The notes: generated from the sequence alone by a model not told the origin. A DNA stretch of 64,000 bases from Patescibacteria group bacterium (GCA_049319825.1 JBMORT010000002.1:114002-178001), one strand, 5' to 3'. Numbered from the stretch's first letter, positions 22,128 to 31,643 are shown. Numbers and translations are program-made.

Positions 22128-22136
22128 TGAACAATT

Positions 22137-22646
22137 ATGAATGAAAAAAAGCATTATGAAATGCTCTACCTGGTGCCGTCAAAATTCGCGCAAAATGAGC
22201 TGGAGCAGATTATTGAAAAGATCAATAAAATCGTTAAAGATCATGGCGGAGAAATAACGAACAACAGCGTATTTGCCAAACAAAAATTGGCCTACCCGAT
22301 AAAAGGGGTTCATCAGGGAGTTTATTTGCTGGTTGAATTCGACGCTGAAACTCAGTCAGTTAAAAAAATTGACGGTATTTTGCGGTTGACGAATGAAGTG
22401 CTCAGGCACATGATTGTTTCCAAAAAGAAAATGACACCGGAAGAAATTGCCGAGGAAAAGGAGCGTCAAGCCAAAATAGCGGAAAAAGAAACCAAGAAAA
22501 AAGAAGAAGAAATTAAAAAACAGGTTGAGGAAATCAAGGAAGAAAAAGAAACGCCGAAAGAAGCTTCAAAGAAAGAAAAGGTCAGCCTAGAAGACCTCGA
22601 CAAAAAACTAGATGAAATTTTAAAAGACGATATTGGAGGGGTATAA
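22137..22646 (+). CDS. rpsF: 30S ribosomal protein S6 (acidic/lysine-rich C-terminal extension)
   Basis: HYEMLY, KLAYPIK, EVLRHMI; rpsF-ssb-rpsR synteny. Confidence 0.96.
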   Translation: MNEKKHYEMLYLVPSKFAQNELEQIIEKINKIVKDHGGEITNNSVFAKQKLAYPIKGVHQGVYLLVEFDAETQSVKKIDGILRLTNEVLRHMIVSKKKMTPEEIAEEKERQAKIAEKETKKKEEEIKKQVEEIKEEKETPKEASKKEKVSLEDLDKKLDEILKDDIGGV

Positions 22647-22685
22647 TTATTTATGAATAAGTGTTGCAAGCTTTTAAGAGTGCGC

Positions 22686-22813
22686 GTTGGCGATGGAGTT
22701 AGAAAACAGTTATTTGGAAAATAGAAAGTTGTAATGGCCATTGGAAAACGGAAAATATATTCCAATACTGACTAATTTCCAATTTCTAAACAACCAATTT
22801 CCCAACATCTAAT
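22686..22813. repeat. Heptamer-periodic imperfect palindrome (TTGGAAA/TTTCCAA)
   Basis: GTTAGAAA..TTTGGAAAATAGAAA..TTGGAA on the left, TTCCAA..TTTCCAATTTCTAAAC..TTTCCCAAC on the right. Confidence 0.65.
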
Positions 22814-22849
22814 CTTATTTGTCCGGCAACCGATATTCGCAAAGATTTT

Positions 22850-23317
22850 ATGAACTTAAATAAAGCGATGATCATCGGCAATTTGACCCGAGACCCGGAA
22901 ACCAGAACGACCACGCAGGGTTTGGTGGTCACGACCTTTTCCGTGGCGACGAATTTGGTTTGGACGGATTCAAACGGTCAGCGTCAAGAAAAAGCCGAAT
23001 ACCATAACGTGGTCGCTTGGCGAAAGCTCGGCGAAATTTGTTCTCAATATTTAAAAAAAGGCGGCAAAGTGTACATCGAAGGCCGGCTCCAAACCAGAGA
23101 CTGGGAAGGGCAGGACGGTGTGCGTCGCTATCGAACCGAGATTGTGGCGGAAAACATGATTATGCTTGATCGTCCCGGATCGGCTGCGGCGACCTCAAGC
23201 GCGCCGGCGCCGTCGGACAACGATACTTTTATCCCCCAAGAACCGGCGTCAAGCGATCAAGGTCGAACCCAGGATAACGATTCAGAAGAAATCAAAATCG
23301 AGAATATTCCGTTTTAA
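22850..23317 (+). CDS. ssb: Single-stranded DNA-binding protein
   Basis: NKAMIIGNLTRDPE, VYIEGRLQTR, C-terminal IPF. Confidence 0.98.
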   Translation: MNLNKAMIIGNLTRDPETRTTTQGLVVTTFSVATNLVWTDSNGQRQEKAEYHNVVAWRKLGEICSQYLKKGGKVYIEGRLQTRDWEGQDGVRRYRTEIVAENMIMLDRPGSAAATSSAPAPSDNDTFIPQEPASSDQGRTQDNDSEEIKIENIPF

Positions 23318-23451
23318 AAAACGCGGGGGCGCGCAATAATGATCGGCGCTTCTCGACATGAGTCGAAGATCGGATTGTCATTAAGAATATTCGCCTGTTA
23401 AAATCGCCCCGAAGCGGGCCGTTCAGTGCAATTAACAATCAACAATCATTT

Positions 23452-23679
23452 ATGAGAAAAAATATTAATGAAAAAAAACCTAAAGCGTGCTATTTGTGCG
23501 TTAACAATTTATCGGGAATTGATTACAAAGACGCGCAGACCCTGCAGAAATTCATTTCGTCATATGGCAAAATCGCGCCGCGACGACGTAGCGGTTTATG
23601 CGCCAAACACCAGCGCAAAGTGGCGGAGGCGGTCAAGCGCGCCAGAGTGATGGCTCTCCTGCCGTTCGCGGTTAAATAA
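23452..23679 (+). CDS. rpsR: 30S ribosomal protein S18
   Basis: [27 protein letters not shown]. Confidence 0.97.
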   Translation: MRKNINEKKPKACYLCVNNLSGIDYKDAQTLQKFISSYGKIAPRRRSGLCAKHQRKVAEAVKRARVMALLPFAVK

Positions 23680-23700
23680 AAATTAAATCAGTTTTATCTT

Positions 23701-24267
23701 ATGAGCACCATTGATTCACTTCACGGCATTAAAATCGGAACAACTTTAAATTACGAGGGAGAACCTTATGTGGTTGTTTCCGCCAATTTTATGCGTTGCC
23801 AGCAGCGAAAGCCGGTCATGCAGACGAAAATGAAAAATTTAATCAACGGAAAAGTGATCGAGTATAATTTCAAGCCCGGAGAAAAGATCGAAACCGCGGA
23901 TTTGGCCAGAAACAGCGCCAATTATCTTTATTCGGACGGTGATGAAAGTTATTTCATGGATAACGAAACTTTTGAACAGTTTTCCTTGGGCAAAGAGATT
24001 GTCGGCGCCATGACCAATTATTTGATGGACGGTCAGGATGTTGACGTGTTGAAATTCGAAGGCAAGCCGGTATCCATTGATCTGCCGAAAAAAGTCGATC
24101 TGAAAGTCACGGAGGCGCCTCCGGGAATAAAGGGTGATAGCTCGCAGGGAGCGACCAAGCAAATCACGGTGGAAACGGGCCTGCAGCTCCAAGCCCCGTT
24201 GTTCATCAAAGAAGGGGACGTGATCAGAATCAATACCGAGACGGGGGAGTACGTGGAGAGAGTGTAG
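23701..24267 (+). CDS. efp: Elongation factor P
   Basis: YLYSDG, FMDNETFEQ, PGIKGDS, VETG...PLFIKEGD.I.INTETGEY. Confidence 0.96.
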   Translation: MSTIDSLHGIKIGTTLNYEGEPYVVVSANFMRCQQRKPVMQTKMKNLINGKVIEYNFKPGEKIETADLARNSANYLYSDGDESYFMDNETFEQFSLGKEIVGAMTNYLMDGQDVDVLKFEGKPVSIDLPKKVDLKVTEAPPGIKGDSSQGATKQITVETGLQLQAPLFIKEGDVIRINTETGEYVERV

Positions 24268-24270
24268 CGT

Positions 24271-24413
24271 AAATTCTAAGCACGAAATTCTAAATCCTAA
24301 ACAATATCTAAATTTTAATTTTCCAATGTCCCAAACAATTATATTCGCAGTTTGGAATTTAGGGTTTAGATATTAAAATTTGTTTAGAGTTTAGATATTA
24401 GAATTTAGGATTT
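24271..24413. repeat. Heptamer-periodic imperfect palindrome (TCTAAAT family)
   Basis: AAATTCTAAGCACGAAATTCTAAATCCTAAACAATATCTAAAT ... TTGTTTAGAGTTTAGATATTAGAATTTAGGATTT. Confidence 0.85.
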
Positions 24414-24452
24414 TAAAAAGACAGGCCGGGTGGCCTGCTTTTTTTAGAAATT

Positions 24453-25190
24453 TTAGTTGGCTTTCGGCAGATAGCTCAGATCGCTGTCGCTGATCCCCAG
24501 CCCCAGCTCTCGCATGATCTTGAATGCGTCGTCAGGCTTCCCGAGATAGTATTTTTTTCTGTCCTTGGGAAAGATATAGTACGCCTTGCCCATGTCTTCG
24601 ACATCAAGCAATATTCTGCCGATCACGTGTTCCGGCCATGTTTTTGTTTCATGAATAAATTTGTGAGTTGCGCCCAAACTCAGCTCGCGCATTATTTTGA
24701 AGGCGTCCGCTGGCCGTCCCAAATAATAACCCCGGCCATCCACCGGGTGATAATAATATGCCTCACCCTTGCTCTGAACCTGTAAAAAAATGTAGCCGAT
24801 ATATGGTCTGAGGTTTGGAGCGACCTTTGAGGTGGTCGTTTTGGTTGTAGTTGTCGTTGTTTTCGTAGCAGGCGATGTTATTTGTTTATCGGTTAGCGAC
24901 ATTAATCTGGCGCCGACCCAGCCGATAGTGCCGTCGGACAGCTTGACTTTGTACCAGCCGTCGGTTTCACCGATGATTTTAATGACCGATCCCTGCGGCA
25001 CGGTTGTTAAAATGGTCGTTCCCTCCATGCACGGATTGTTACGGACAAACGCGCTGGTGTCCACGTGGCCGTTTAAATTGCGATCATAGATCGGGTCTTG
25101 ATAACATCCCTCGCCGGCAAAAACTGCTGCCGGAGCAATTAAAAGCACTGAGCAGACAATTGCCAGGAAGAATAATGATTTCTTTGACAT
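24453..25190 (-). CDS. Secreted SH3-domain protein with duplicated Parcubacteria-type C-terminal domain
   Basis: Signal peptide; SH3b 'IIGETDGWYKVKLSDGTIGWV'; Thr linker; two repeats of 'G.I.L.V...G.AYY..P.D...YYLG.P.DAFKIMREL.LG'. Confidence 0.85.
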   Translation of the reverse strand: MSKKSLFFLAIVCSVLLIAPAAVFAGEGCYQDPIYDRNLNGHVDTSAFVRNNPCMEGTTILTTVPQGSVIKIIGETDGWYKVKLSDGTIGWVGARLMSLTDKQITSPATKTTTTTTKTTTSKVAPNLRPYIGYIFLQVQSKGEAYYYHPVDGRGYYLGRPADAFKIMRELSLGATHKFIHETKTWPEHVIGRILLDVEDMGKAYYIFPKDRKKYYLGKPDDAFKIMRELGLGISDSDLSYLPKAN

Positions 25191-25244
25191 AATTATATTT
25201 TAATTATTAATTTCATCTATGAAGACGGTCAAGTTGTCGCTGCG

Positions 25245-25676
25245 TTACTCGCGGTTAATGAATTTTAAGGCAATGGAATTTATGCAATAGCGTTTGCCGG
25301 TCGGTTTTGGGCCGTCGTCAAAGACATGGCCAAGATGCGCGCCGCAGCGGGCGCATTTGACCTCGGTTCGCGGATAACCCAAGCTAGTGTCTTTTTCGTG
25401 ATTGACATTATGCTCATCGAGCGGCTGAAAAAAACTGGGCCAGCCGGTGCCCGATTCGAATTTTGTTTCAATTAAAAATAAATCAGTGTCGCAGCAGACG
25501 CATTTATAAAGCCCTGAGCTGCGTTTTTCCGTCGAGCAAGTAAAAGGAATTTCCGTGCCTTTTTCTCTGGTCACGTGATACTGCTCGGGCGTTAGTATGT
25601 TTTTCCATTCGGCAACGGATTTTTTGACCGGCGCCAGCTCAACTAATTTATTTTGATGGTAATCGAATATTTGCAT
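25245..25676 (-). CDS. msrB: Peptide-methionine (R)-S-oxide reductase
   Basis: [27 protein letters not shown]. Confidence 0.97.
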   Translation of the reverse strand: MQIFDYHQNKLVELAPVKKSVAEWKNILTPEQYHVTREKGTEIPFTCSTEKRSSGLYKCVCCDTDLFLIETKFESGTGWPSFFQPLDEHNVNHEKDTSLGYPRTEVKCARCGAHLGHVFDDGPKPTGKRYCINSIALKFINRE

Positions 25677-25854
25677 ATATTTTTATTATATAACATCATT
25701 GGCCTGTAAACAAATGTATCAAAAAAGTCCCGCGAGGGACGCCATCTCTTTAATCTGTAATCTATTTCTTTTCTCTTTGCTATTTTATCTTTAATCTTTT
25801 TTGGCCGCGCCATCCGAAGCGCGCGCAAAAGTCGATACGAACTTTTTAATCAGG

Positions 25855-25917
25855 TCGTTCTTCGCTAAAGCTTCCTCCGCCGCTCCTTGAGCTTCGGAGG
25901 ACAAGTCGAACGACAAC
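25855..25917 (-). mobile_element. Nested pair of ~30-nt hairpin micro-elements
   Basis: Minus strand: GTTGTCGTTCGA[CTTGTCCTCCGAAGCTCAAGGAGCGGCGGAGGA]AGCTTTAGCGAAGAACGA. Confidence 0.65.
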
Positions 25918-25926
25918 CTTCGCTAT

Positions 25927-25946
25927 CCTGTCTGCCGACAGGCAGG
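25927..25946. repeat. 20-nt palindromic micro-element
   Basis: CCTGTCTGCCGACAGGCAGG inside the hairpin CCTTCGCTAT|CGCGAAGG; near-identical to 29769-29788. Confidence 0.7.
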
Positions 25947-25955
25947 CGCGAAGGA

Positions 25956-26030
25956 TGGTACCGCCACGGGGAATCGAACCCCGGTTACCAGGATGAAAAC
26001 CTGGTGTCCTAACCACTAGACGATGGCGGC
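25956..26030 (-). tRNA. tRNA-Glu (anticodon TTC)
   Basis: GCCGCCATCGTCTAGTGGTTAGGACACCAGGTTTTCATCCTGGTAACCGGGGTTCGATTCCCCGTGGCGGTACCA; cloverleaf, T-loop GTTCGA, encoded CCA. Confidence 0.97.
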
Positions 26031-26282
26031 ATATTGTTAAAAATTCTCTAATAAAATCGGGGCTAACCACTAGCTTGCCGGCCGCAGCTTTAGCGCAGGC
26101 CGGACGATGGCGGCATATTGTTAAAAATTCTCTAATAAAATCGGGGCTAACCACTAGCTTGCCGGCCGCAGCTTTAGCGCAGGCCGGACGATGGCGGCAT
26201 ATTGTCAAAAATTCTCTAATAAAATCGGGGCAAACCACTAGCTTGCCGGCCGTAGCTTTAGCGCAGGCCGGATGATGGCGGT
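26031..26282 (-). repeat. Three 84-bp tandem repeats, each with the tRNA-Glu 5' end interrupted by a 30-nt hairpin
   Basis: Period 84 (26031, 26115, 26199); unit on minus strand GCCGCCATCGT-[30 nt]-CTAGTGGTTAG-AT-rich spacer. Confidence 0.95.
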
Positions 26283-26319
26283 TTGGAAATCAAAGAATTT
26301 TGAATAAAATAACGATATT

Positions 26320-26348
26320 ATTATAGCAATTATAAAATCGGGTGTCAA
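26320..26348 (-). promoter_or_regulatory. Consensus sigma70 promoter for the repeat array and tRNA-Glu
   Basis: TTGACA-N17-TATAAT on the minus strand. Confidence 0.85.
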
Positions 26349-26411
26349 CATTTGTATTTTTTGAAATACTTGAAAAAATTTAATAAATCGGCTAGAATAA
26401 GAAGGAATTAA

Positions 26412-26480
26412 TAACATGGAGCATGGAACATGGATCATGGATCAAATTGATATGTGATACGTGATACATGATTCGTGACG
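26412..26480. repeat. Heptamer tandem repeats before rpmF
   Basis: AACATGG AGCATGG AACATGG ATCATGG ... ATGTGAT ACGTGAT ACATGAT TCGTGAC. Confidence 0.65.
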
Positions 26481-26487
26481 AAAAAAT

Positions 26488-26730
26488 ATGGGCGTTCCCA
26501 AACATCGAAAAACCCATTCAAAAACCAGAATGGGCAGGTCTCACAAAAAATTGCGCACTTCACAAGCTTCTGTCTGCCCGAATTGCCAGCAGCCGATCCG
26601 ACCCCATCGCGCCTGCGTCGCCTGCGGTTATTATAAAGGCAAGCAGGTGATCAGAACCAAGGAAGAAGTGATCACCAAACGAACGGCGAAAAGAAAAGCC
26701 AAGGAAGAAAAAGCCAAAGGCAAGAAATAG
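26488..26730 (+). CDS. rpmF: 50S ribosomal protein L32
   Basis: MGVPKHR, CPNC...PHRAC..CGYYKG. Confidence 0.96.
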   Translation: MGVPKHRKTHSKTRMGRSHKKLRTSQASVCPNCQQPIRPHRACVACGYYKGKQVIRTKEEVITKRTAKRKAKEEKAKGKK

Positions 26731-26918
26731 TGGCATCGAGGCTGGTGAATTCATACCAACGATACTAATAATCCGAATTATTCCAGAAGCGTGTTATCGC
26801 TTGTCGGCGAATATTTGCAAGTCAGATTTTGGTCATATGTTTATGATTTTCATTCCCCGGTTTCCCGTTACCAATTTCTAATTTCATAACCGGCTTCTGT
26901 AATTCGAGTCTTTTAAAT

Positions 26919-28928
26919 ATGTCTATCGCTATCATTCTCTCTCTCATCGCTGCGGGACTGGCCATCGCCTATGGCTTAGTGCTGATCAGCTCAATTTTAA
27001 AGAAAAGTCCGGGTTCGGAAAAAATGCAGGATATAGCCAAAGCCATTCAGGATGGCGCTTCCGCATACCTGAATCGTCAATCCAGAACCGTCACGATCAT
27101 CGCGGTTGTTATTGCCGTGTTATTATGGGTCGGGCTGGGCTGGAAAACCGCGGTCGGATTTTTAATCGGCGCCATATTATCCGGCTTAGCCGGTTATATC
27201 GGCATGAATATTTCGGTTAGAGCCAATGTGCGCACGGCGGAAGCGGCCAAGCAGGGTTTGGCCAAAGCGTTAAATGTCGCGGTCAAAGGTGGAGCGGTAG
27301 CCGGCCTGTTAGTCGTCGGGCTAGGCTTGCTGGGAGTGGCCGGATATTTTGCCATCACCGGCGATATTAAATCATTGATCGGACTCGGATTTGGCGGCAG
27401 CCTGATTTCGGTTTTTTCGAGACTTGGCGGAGGTATTTATACCAAGGCGGCTGACGTCGGCGCTGACTTGGTGGGAAAAGTGGAGGCCGGAATCCCCGAA
27501 GATGATCCGCGAAACCCGGCGGTGATCGCCGATAATGTCGGCGATAATGTCGGCGACTGCGCGGGCATGGCCGCTGATCTTTTCGAGACGTACGCCGTGA
27601 CCACCGTGGCGGCGATGCTGCTCGGCGCGTTGACTTTCCAGGGATTTGACAATGGTTTGATGTACCCGCTGATGTTGGGCGCGGCCGCGATTGTCGCGTC
27701 GATCATCGGCACTTTCTTTATTAAACTCAGTTCCAAAAAAAATATCATGGGAGCATTGTATAAAGGATTGATCGCCGCGGGTGTTTTGGCCGCCATTGCT
27801 TTTTATCCGATCACCGATTGGCTGATGGGCGATAACACCTTGTATTCGGTTTTAAATTTATTTTTATGCACGATAATCGGCTTGGTTGTTACCGGCGCGC
27901 TGGTGGTCATTACCGATTACTACACTTCAAAAAAATACGCGCCCGTTAAATCAATCGCCGAGGCTTCAAAGACCGGGCACGGCACCAATATCATCGCCGG
28001 ATTGGCCGTATCCATGAAAGCGACCGCCTGGCCGATAATTATTATCGCGGCGGCAGTTTTAGGGTCATATTGGCTAGCCGGTTTATACGGCATTGCCATT
28101 GCGGCCATGGCCATGTTATCGATGACCGGTATAATCGTCACCATTGATTCATACGGACCGATTACGGATAATGCCGGAGGTATTGCTGAAATGGCCGAAC
28201 TGCCGGAAGAAATAAGAAATACGACCGATGCCTTGGACGCGGTGGGCAATACTACGAAAGCCGTGACTAAAGGATATGCCATCGGCTCGGCCGGATTAGC
28301 CGCGCTGGTGTTATTCGCCGATTTTACTCATGCGATATCGGCAGGCAGTGAAACCCAGCTGCAATTTTTACTGAGCGATCCGAAAGTGCTGATCGGCTTA
28401 TTCCTTGGGGGACTTTTACCTTTCTATTTCGGAGCTCTGGCAATGAGCGCGGTTGGTAAAACCGCCGGCAAAGTGGTCGAAGAAGTCAGAAGACAATTTC
28501 GGGAAATTAAAGGTATCATGGAGCGGACAGCCAAGCCGGATTATAGCGCGGCCGTTGATATCGTTACCAGATCGGCGCTGAAACAAATGATCGTGCCGGC
28601 GCTGATCCCGGTGGTTGTTCCGATCTTGGTCGGTCTGTTGCTCGGCCCACTCGCCCTTGGCGGGTTATTGGTCGGCAGCATCATTACCGGTTTGTTTGTG
28701 GCAATATCGATGACGACCGGCGGCGGCGCTTGGGACAATGCCAAAAAATATATTGAATCAGGACACCTGGGCGGCAAGGGTTCGGCAGCTCATCAAGCGG
28801 CCGTAACCGGCGACACTGTCGGCGATCCTTATAAGGATACCGCGGGTCCGGCCATCAATCCGATGATTAAGGTGTTGAACATTGTCGCGCTGCTGATCGT
28901 GGGGTTGATAATACATTTCTGGATGTAA
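26919..28928 (+). CDS. hppA: Membrane-bound H+-translocating pyrophosphatase (K+-independent type)
   Basis: [32 protein letters not shown] (Lys variant), [10 protein letters not shown]. Confidence 0.96.
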   Translation: MSIAIILSLIAAGLAIAYGLVLISSILKKSPGSEKMQDIAKAIQDGASAYLNRQSRTVTIIAVVIAVLLWVGLGWKTAVGFLIGAILSGLAGYIGMNISVRANVRTAEAAKQGLAKALNVAVKGGAVAGLLVVGLGLLGVAGYFAITGDIKSLIGLGFGGSLISVFSRLGGGIYTKAADVGADLVGKVEAGIPEDDPRNPAVIADNVGDNVGDCAGMAADLFETYAVTTVAAMLLGALTFQGFDNGLMYPLMLGAAAIVASIIGTFFIKLSSKKNIMGALYKGLIAAGVLAAIAFYPITDWLMGDNTLYSVLNLFLCTIIGLVVTGALVVITDYYTSKKYAPVKSIAEASKTGHGTNIIAGLAVSMKATAWPIIIIAAAVLGSYWLAGLYGIAIAAMAMLSMTGIIVTIDSYGPITDNAGGIAEMAELPEEIRNTTDALDAVGNTTKAVTKGYAIGSAGLAALVLFADFTHAISAGSETQLQFLLSDPKVLIGLFLGGLLPFYFGALAMSAVGKTAGKVVEEVRRQFREIKGIMERTAKPDYSAAVDIVTRSALKQMIVPALIPVVVPILVGLLLGPLALGGLLVGSIITGLFVAISMTTGGGAWDNAKKYIESGHLGGKGSAAHQAAVTGDTVGDPYKDTAGPAINPMIKVLNIVALLIVGLIIHFWM

Positions 28929-28993
28929 TTACAAATAATTACAAATGACAAACGCATGAGAATGATTACAAATAATTACGAATAATTACAAAT
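28926..28993. repeat. ATTACAAATA-type short tandem repeats
   Basis: TAATTACAAA repeated about five times with variants. Confidence 0.65.
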
Positions 28994-29116
28994 ATAAAAA
29001 AAGTGCTCCGGAAGGGGCGCTTTTTCTCTTTTCACCTTTTTTATTCAGTCATTGACAAAGAAAATTGCGTTTAGTAAAGTTAAGTGAGCTGTAGCGCAAA
29101 GAGGAGGTAGCCAGGA

Positions 29117-29725
29117 ATGAAGAGACTCGCGCGAATAATGACACGGGAACAATTTGAGGCATTCGAGGGAAAAGACGAAGGCCGGCATGAACTGGAAGAC
29201 GATTGTTTCGCAATATTGGCTGATGACAATCCTCGGGCGAGAAAAGTCGCTTATGTTAAGGTCATCACCTGCAATCTAGTTATCATTATCGTGAACGTGA
29301 CTCAAAGAAGAATTGTTATTGGCAATTACCTGGACGCGTCTTTGATTGATTTTGGAGAATTGGTTTCGCACTTTTTTGGACATTCGAAACGCACTCGAAA
29401 AGATGACATTCAAGTTTTTTTAATTGGTCATTCGGATGAAGATATTAACGAGGGAGAAGTGCTCGACGAACATTGGAGAAATATGGCGCAAGTCTTGCGG
29501 CAGCTCGCTTCGCAGCGAATTTATTTCTCAGAAATCAGATGGCTCAGGCCGGATGAAGGAGAGCATTTGAGCGTTTATGTTGACGTCACAAAAGGAATCA
29601 GTATCTTCCAATCCGAATTTGAGCCGATGAGGCAATGGGCGTTTTGGGAAGAATTTTGCGGACCGGTAACACAGGACGAAATGAGAGCGGCCGGGGTGTC
29701 GAACACTCAGGTGGAGCCTGATTAA
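29117..29725 (+). CDS. Hypothetical protein (accessory)
   Basis: TTGACA-N17-TAAAGT promoter, GAGGAGGT SD, downstream terminator. Confidence 0.7.
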   Translation: MKRLARIMTREQFEAFEGKDEGRHELEDDCFAILADDNPRARKVAYVKVITCNLVIIIVNVTQRRIVIGNYLDASLIDFGELVSHFFGHSKRTRKDDIQVFLIGHSDEDINEGEVLDEHWRNMAQVLRQLASQRIYFSEIRWLRPDEGEHLSVYVDVTKGISIFQSEFEPMRQWAFWEEFCGPVTQDEMRAAGVSNTQVEPD

Positions 29726-29768
29726 TCTCGTAAGCAAGTTGCGGGATTTTTTAATTAGATCAAAGAGC

Positions 29769-29788
29769 CCTGCCTGCCGGCAGGCAGG
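29769..29788. repeat. 20-nt perfect palindromic micro-element
   Basis: CCTGCCTGCCGGCAGGCAGG. Confidence 0.75.
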
Positions 29789-29977
29789 AAAATGCAAAGC
29801 AGAGAATGAAGATGAAAGATTTTGAGAAATGGGGATCAAGCGAAAAATCGCCAGCCTCGCGGTTTCTGTCGGGGCAGCGGGAGCCGCCCCTCAACATTGG
29901 CGGCTCGGCCGGCGATTTTTCGCTTTTTCCGATGTCGGAACTAGAGTTCCGACAAGACAGTTTTATTTCGCCTCTCG

Positions 29978-30038
29978 CCTGTCAGCCGACCTGTCGGCCG
30001 AAGCTTCAAGCGTAGGCGGAAGCTTTAGCGAAGGCTGG
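29978..30038 (+). mobile_element. Nested pair of ~30-nt hairpin micro-elements
   Basis: CCTGTCAGCCGA[CCTGTCGGCCGAAGCTTCAAGCGTAGGCGGA]AGCTTTAGCGAAGGCTGG. Confidence 0.7.
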
Positions 30039-30116
30039 CATCTCGGAAAAAAAACCGCCCTTTCGGGCGGAATTTTTATTGAAATTATTATGTGCTACGT
30101 GCTATGTGCTCCATAC

Positions 30117-31634
30117 TTATCTCGCGTACTCAATCACTCTGTTTTCCCTAATCACTGTCACTTTAATTTCACCAGGATATTTCAAATTCTCTTCAATATC
30201 CTTAGCGATCTTTTCAGCGATTTTATGAGAGTCCAGATCATTGACTTCGTCCGGCTGGACAAACACTCTGACTTCTCGGCCGGCCTGGATGGCATACGCT
30301 TTGTCCACGCCATCGATTTGAGTGGCGATATTTTCCAGCTCTTCGAGCCTTTGCAGATAATTTTCATAAGTGTCTTTTCTGGCTCCCGGCCTGGCGCCGC
30401 TGATGGCATCGGCCGCTTTGACGATAACCGATTCCAGAGTTGAAGGTTTATCTTCATGATGGGTCAAAATAGGCTGAATAATTTCATCCGATAAATTGAA
30501 TTTTTTGGCAATGTCTCTGCCGATCTCGGGATGAGTTCCCTGAATCTCATGGTCTACCGCTTTGCCGATATCATGAAGGAACCCGGCTTTCTTGGCGACT
30601 GTCACGTCTGCGCCCAATTGTTCCGCCAGCAATGCTGACAAATGAGCGACTTCGATCGAGTGCTGAAGCACGTTCTGGCCATAGCTGGTTCGATACTTTA
30701 ATCGTCCGATTATTTGAACCAGTTTGGGATCAAGGCCGGCAATGCCGACTTCGTAGCAGGCGTCTTCGCCGGCTTTTTTGATCTCCAGCGCCAATTCTCT
30801 TTTGGCTTCATCGATAGTGCTTTCGATTTTAGCCGGATGGATGCGGCCGTCAAGAATCAATTTGGCTAAAGTTCGCTTGGCCACCTCGCGCCGGATCGGG
30901 CTGAAAGATGATAAAGTAATGACTTCCGGCGTGTCATCAACAACGACTTCCACGCCGGTAAGCTGTTCGAATGTCCTGATGTTTCTGCCTTCTCGGCCGA
31001 TGATTCTGCCCTTCATTTCTTCCGAAGGCAGATCAACGGTGGTGGTGGTGATTTCCACTGCATGGCTGGCCGCGCAGCGCTGAACTACGTTCGCCAGCAT
31101 TTTTTTCGCTTGTTTATCCAGTTCGAGCGAAGATTCCTGGTCAAGTTTTTTTATTCTGCTGGACAAAGTCTCCGCCATGTCTCTTTCCACATTATCCAAT
31201 AGAACTTTTTGAGCTTCTTCTTTATTCAATCCGGCGATTTTTTCCAATTTGGAAATTTGTTCCGCCTGAATCTGTTTGATTCTTTCCTTGGCGGTTTCCA
31301 CCTCTTTGGCCTTATCTTGCAGTTTGGTGGTTTTCGCCTCTAAATCCAGTAATTTTTTATCGAACAAATTTTCTCTCTTTTCCAATCGTTCCTGCAGAGA
31401 TTTCAATTCGCGCCGCCGGTTTGATTCTTCTTTTTTCGCCTCATCGATAATTTGAATGGCTTTTTCTTTGGCTTGATAAAGAGTTTCCTGATATTTAGTC
31501 TTGGCTTCCTTTTGAAGCGATTCCATTTTGGCTTCGACTCCCTTGGCTTGGGCTTTAGCCACTGTTTTTCTAATAAAATAACCGCTTAGTGATCCTACCA
31601 GCAAAGCGGCTATGCCAAAAATTGCATAATACAT
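30117..31634 (-). CDS. rny: Ribonuclease Y
   Basis: N-terminal TM + coiled coil, KH 'KGRIIGREGRNIR', HD 'LHDIGKA', ADAISGARPGAR. Confidence 0.98.
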   Translation of the reverse strand: MYYAIFGIAALLVGSLSGYFIRKTVAKAQAKGVEAKMESLQKEAKTKYQETLYQAKEKAIQIIDEAKKEESNRRRELKSLQERLEKRENLFDKKLLDLEAKTTKLQDKAKEVETAKERIKQIQAEQISKLEKIAGLNKEEAQKVLLDNVERDMAETLSSRIKKLDQESSLELDKQAKKMLANVVQRCAASHAVEITTTTVDLPSEEMKGRIIGREGRNIRTFEQLTGVEVVVDDTPEVITLSSFSPIRREVAKRTLAKLILDGRIHPAKIESTIDEAKRELALEIKKAGEDACYEVGIAGLDPKLVQIIGRLKYRTSYGQNVLQHSIEVAHLSALLAEQLGADVTVAKKAGFLHDIGKAVDHEIQGTHPEIGRDIAKKFNLSDEIIQPILTHHEDKPSTLESVIVKAADAISGARPGARKDTYENYLQRLEELENIATQIDGVDKAYAIQAGREVRVFVQPDEVNDLDSHKIAEKIAKDIEENLKYPGEIKVTVIRENRVIEYAR

Positions 31635-31643
31635 ATATACTCT

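Noticed and set aside
25846-26275. ORFs with repeated peptides (25846..26238 -, 26075..26275 +)
   Set aside because: Artefact of the 84-bp (3n) repeat; the longer ORF also overlaps the tRNA.
26031-26282. Possible CRISPR array
   Set aside because: Units are near-identical over their full 84 bp with no unique spacers, and no cas genes are in the window.
29829-30443. 204-aa ORF
   Set aside because: Runs through hairpin repeats and antisense to rny.
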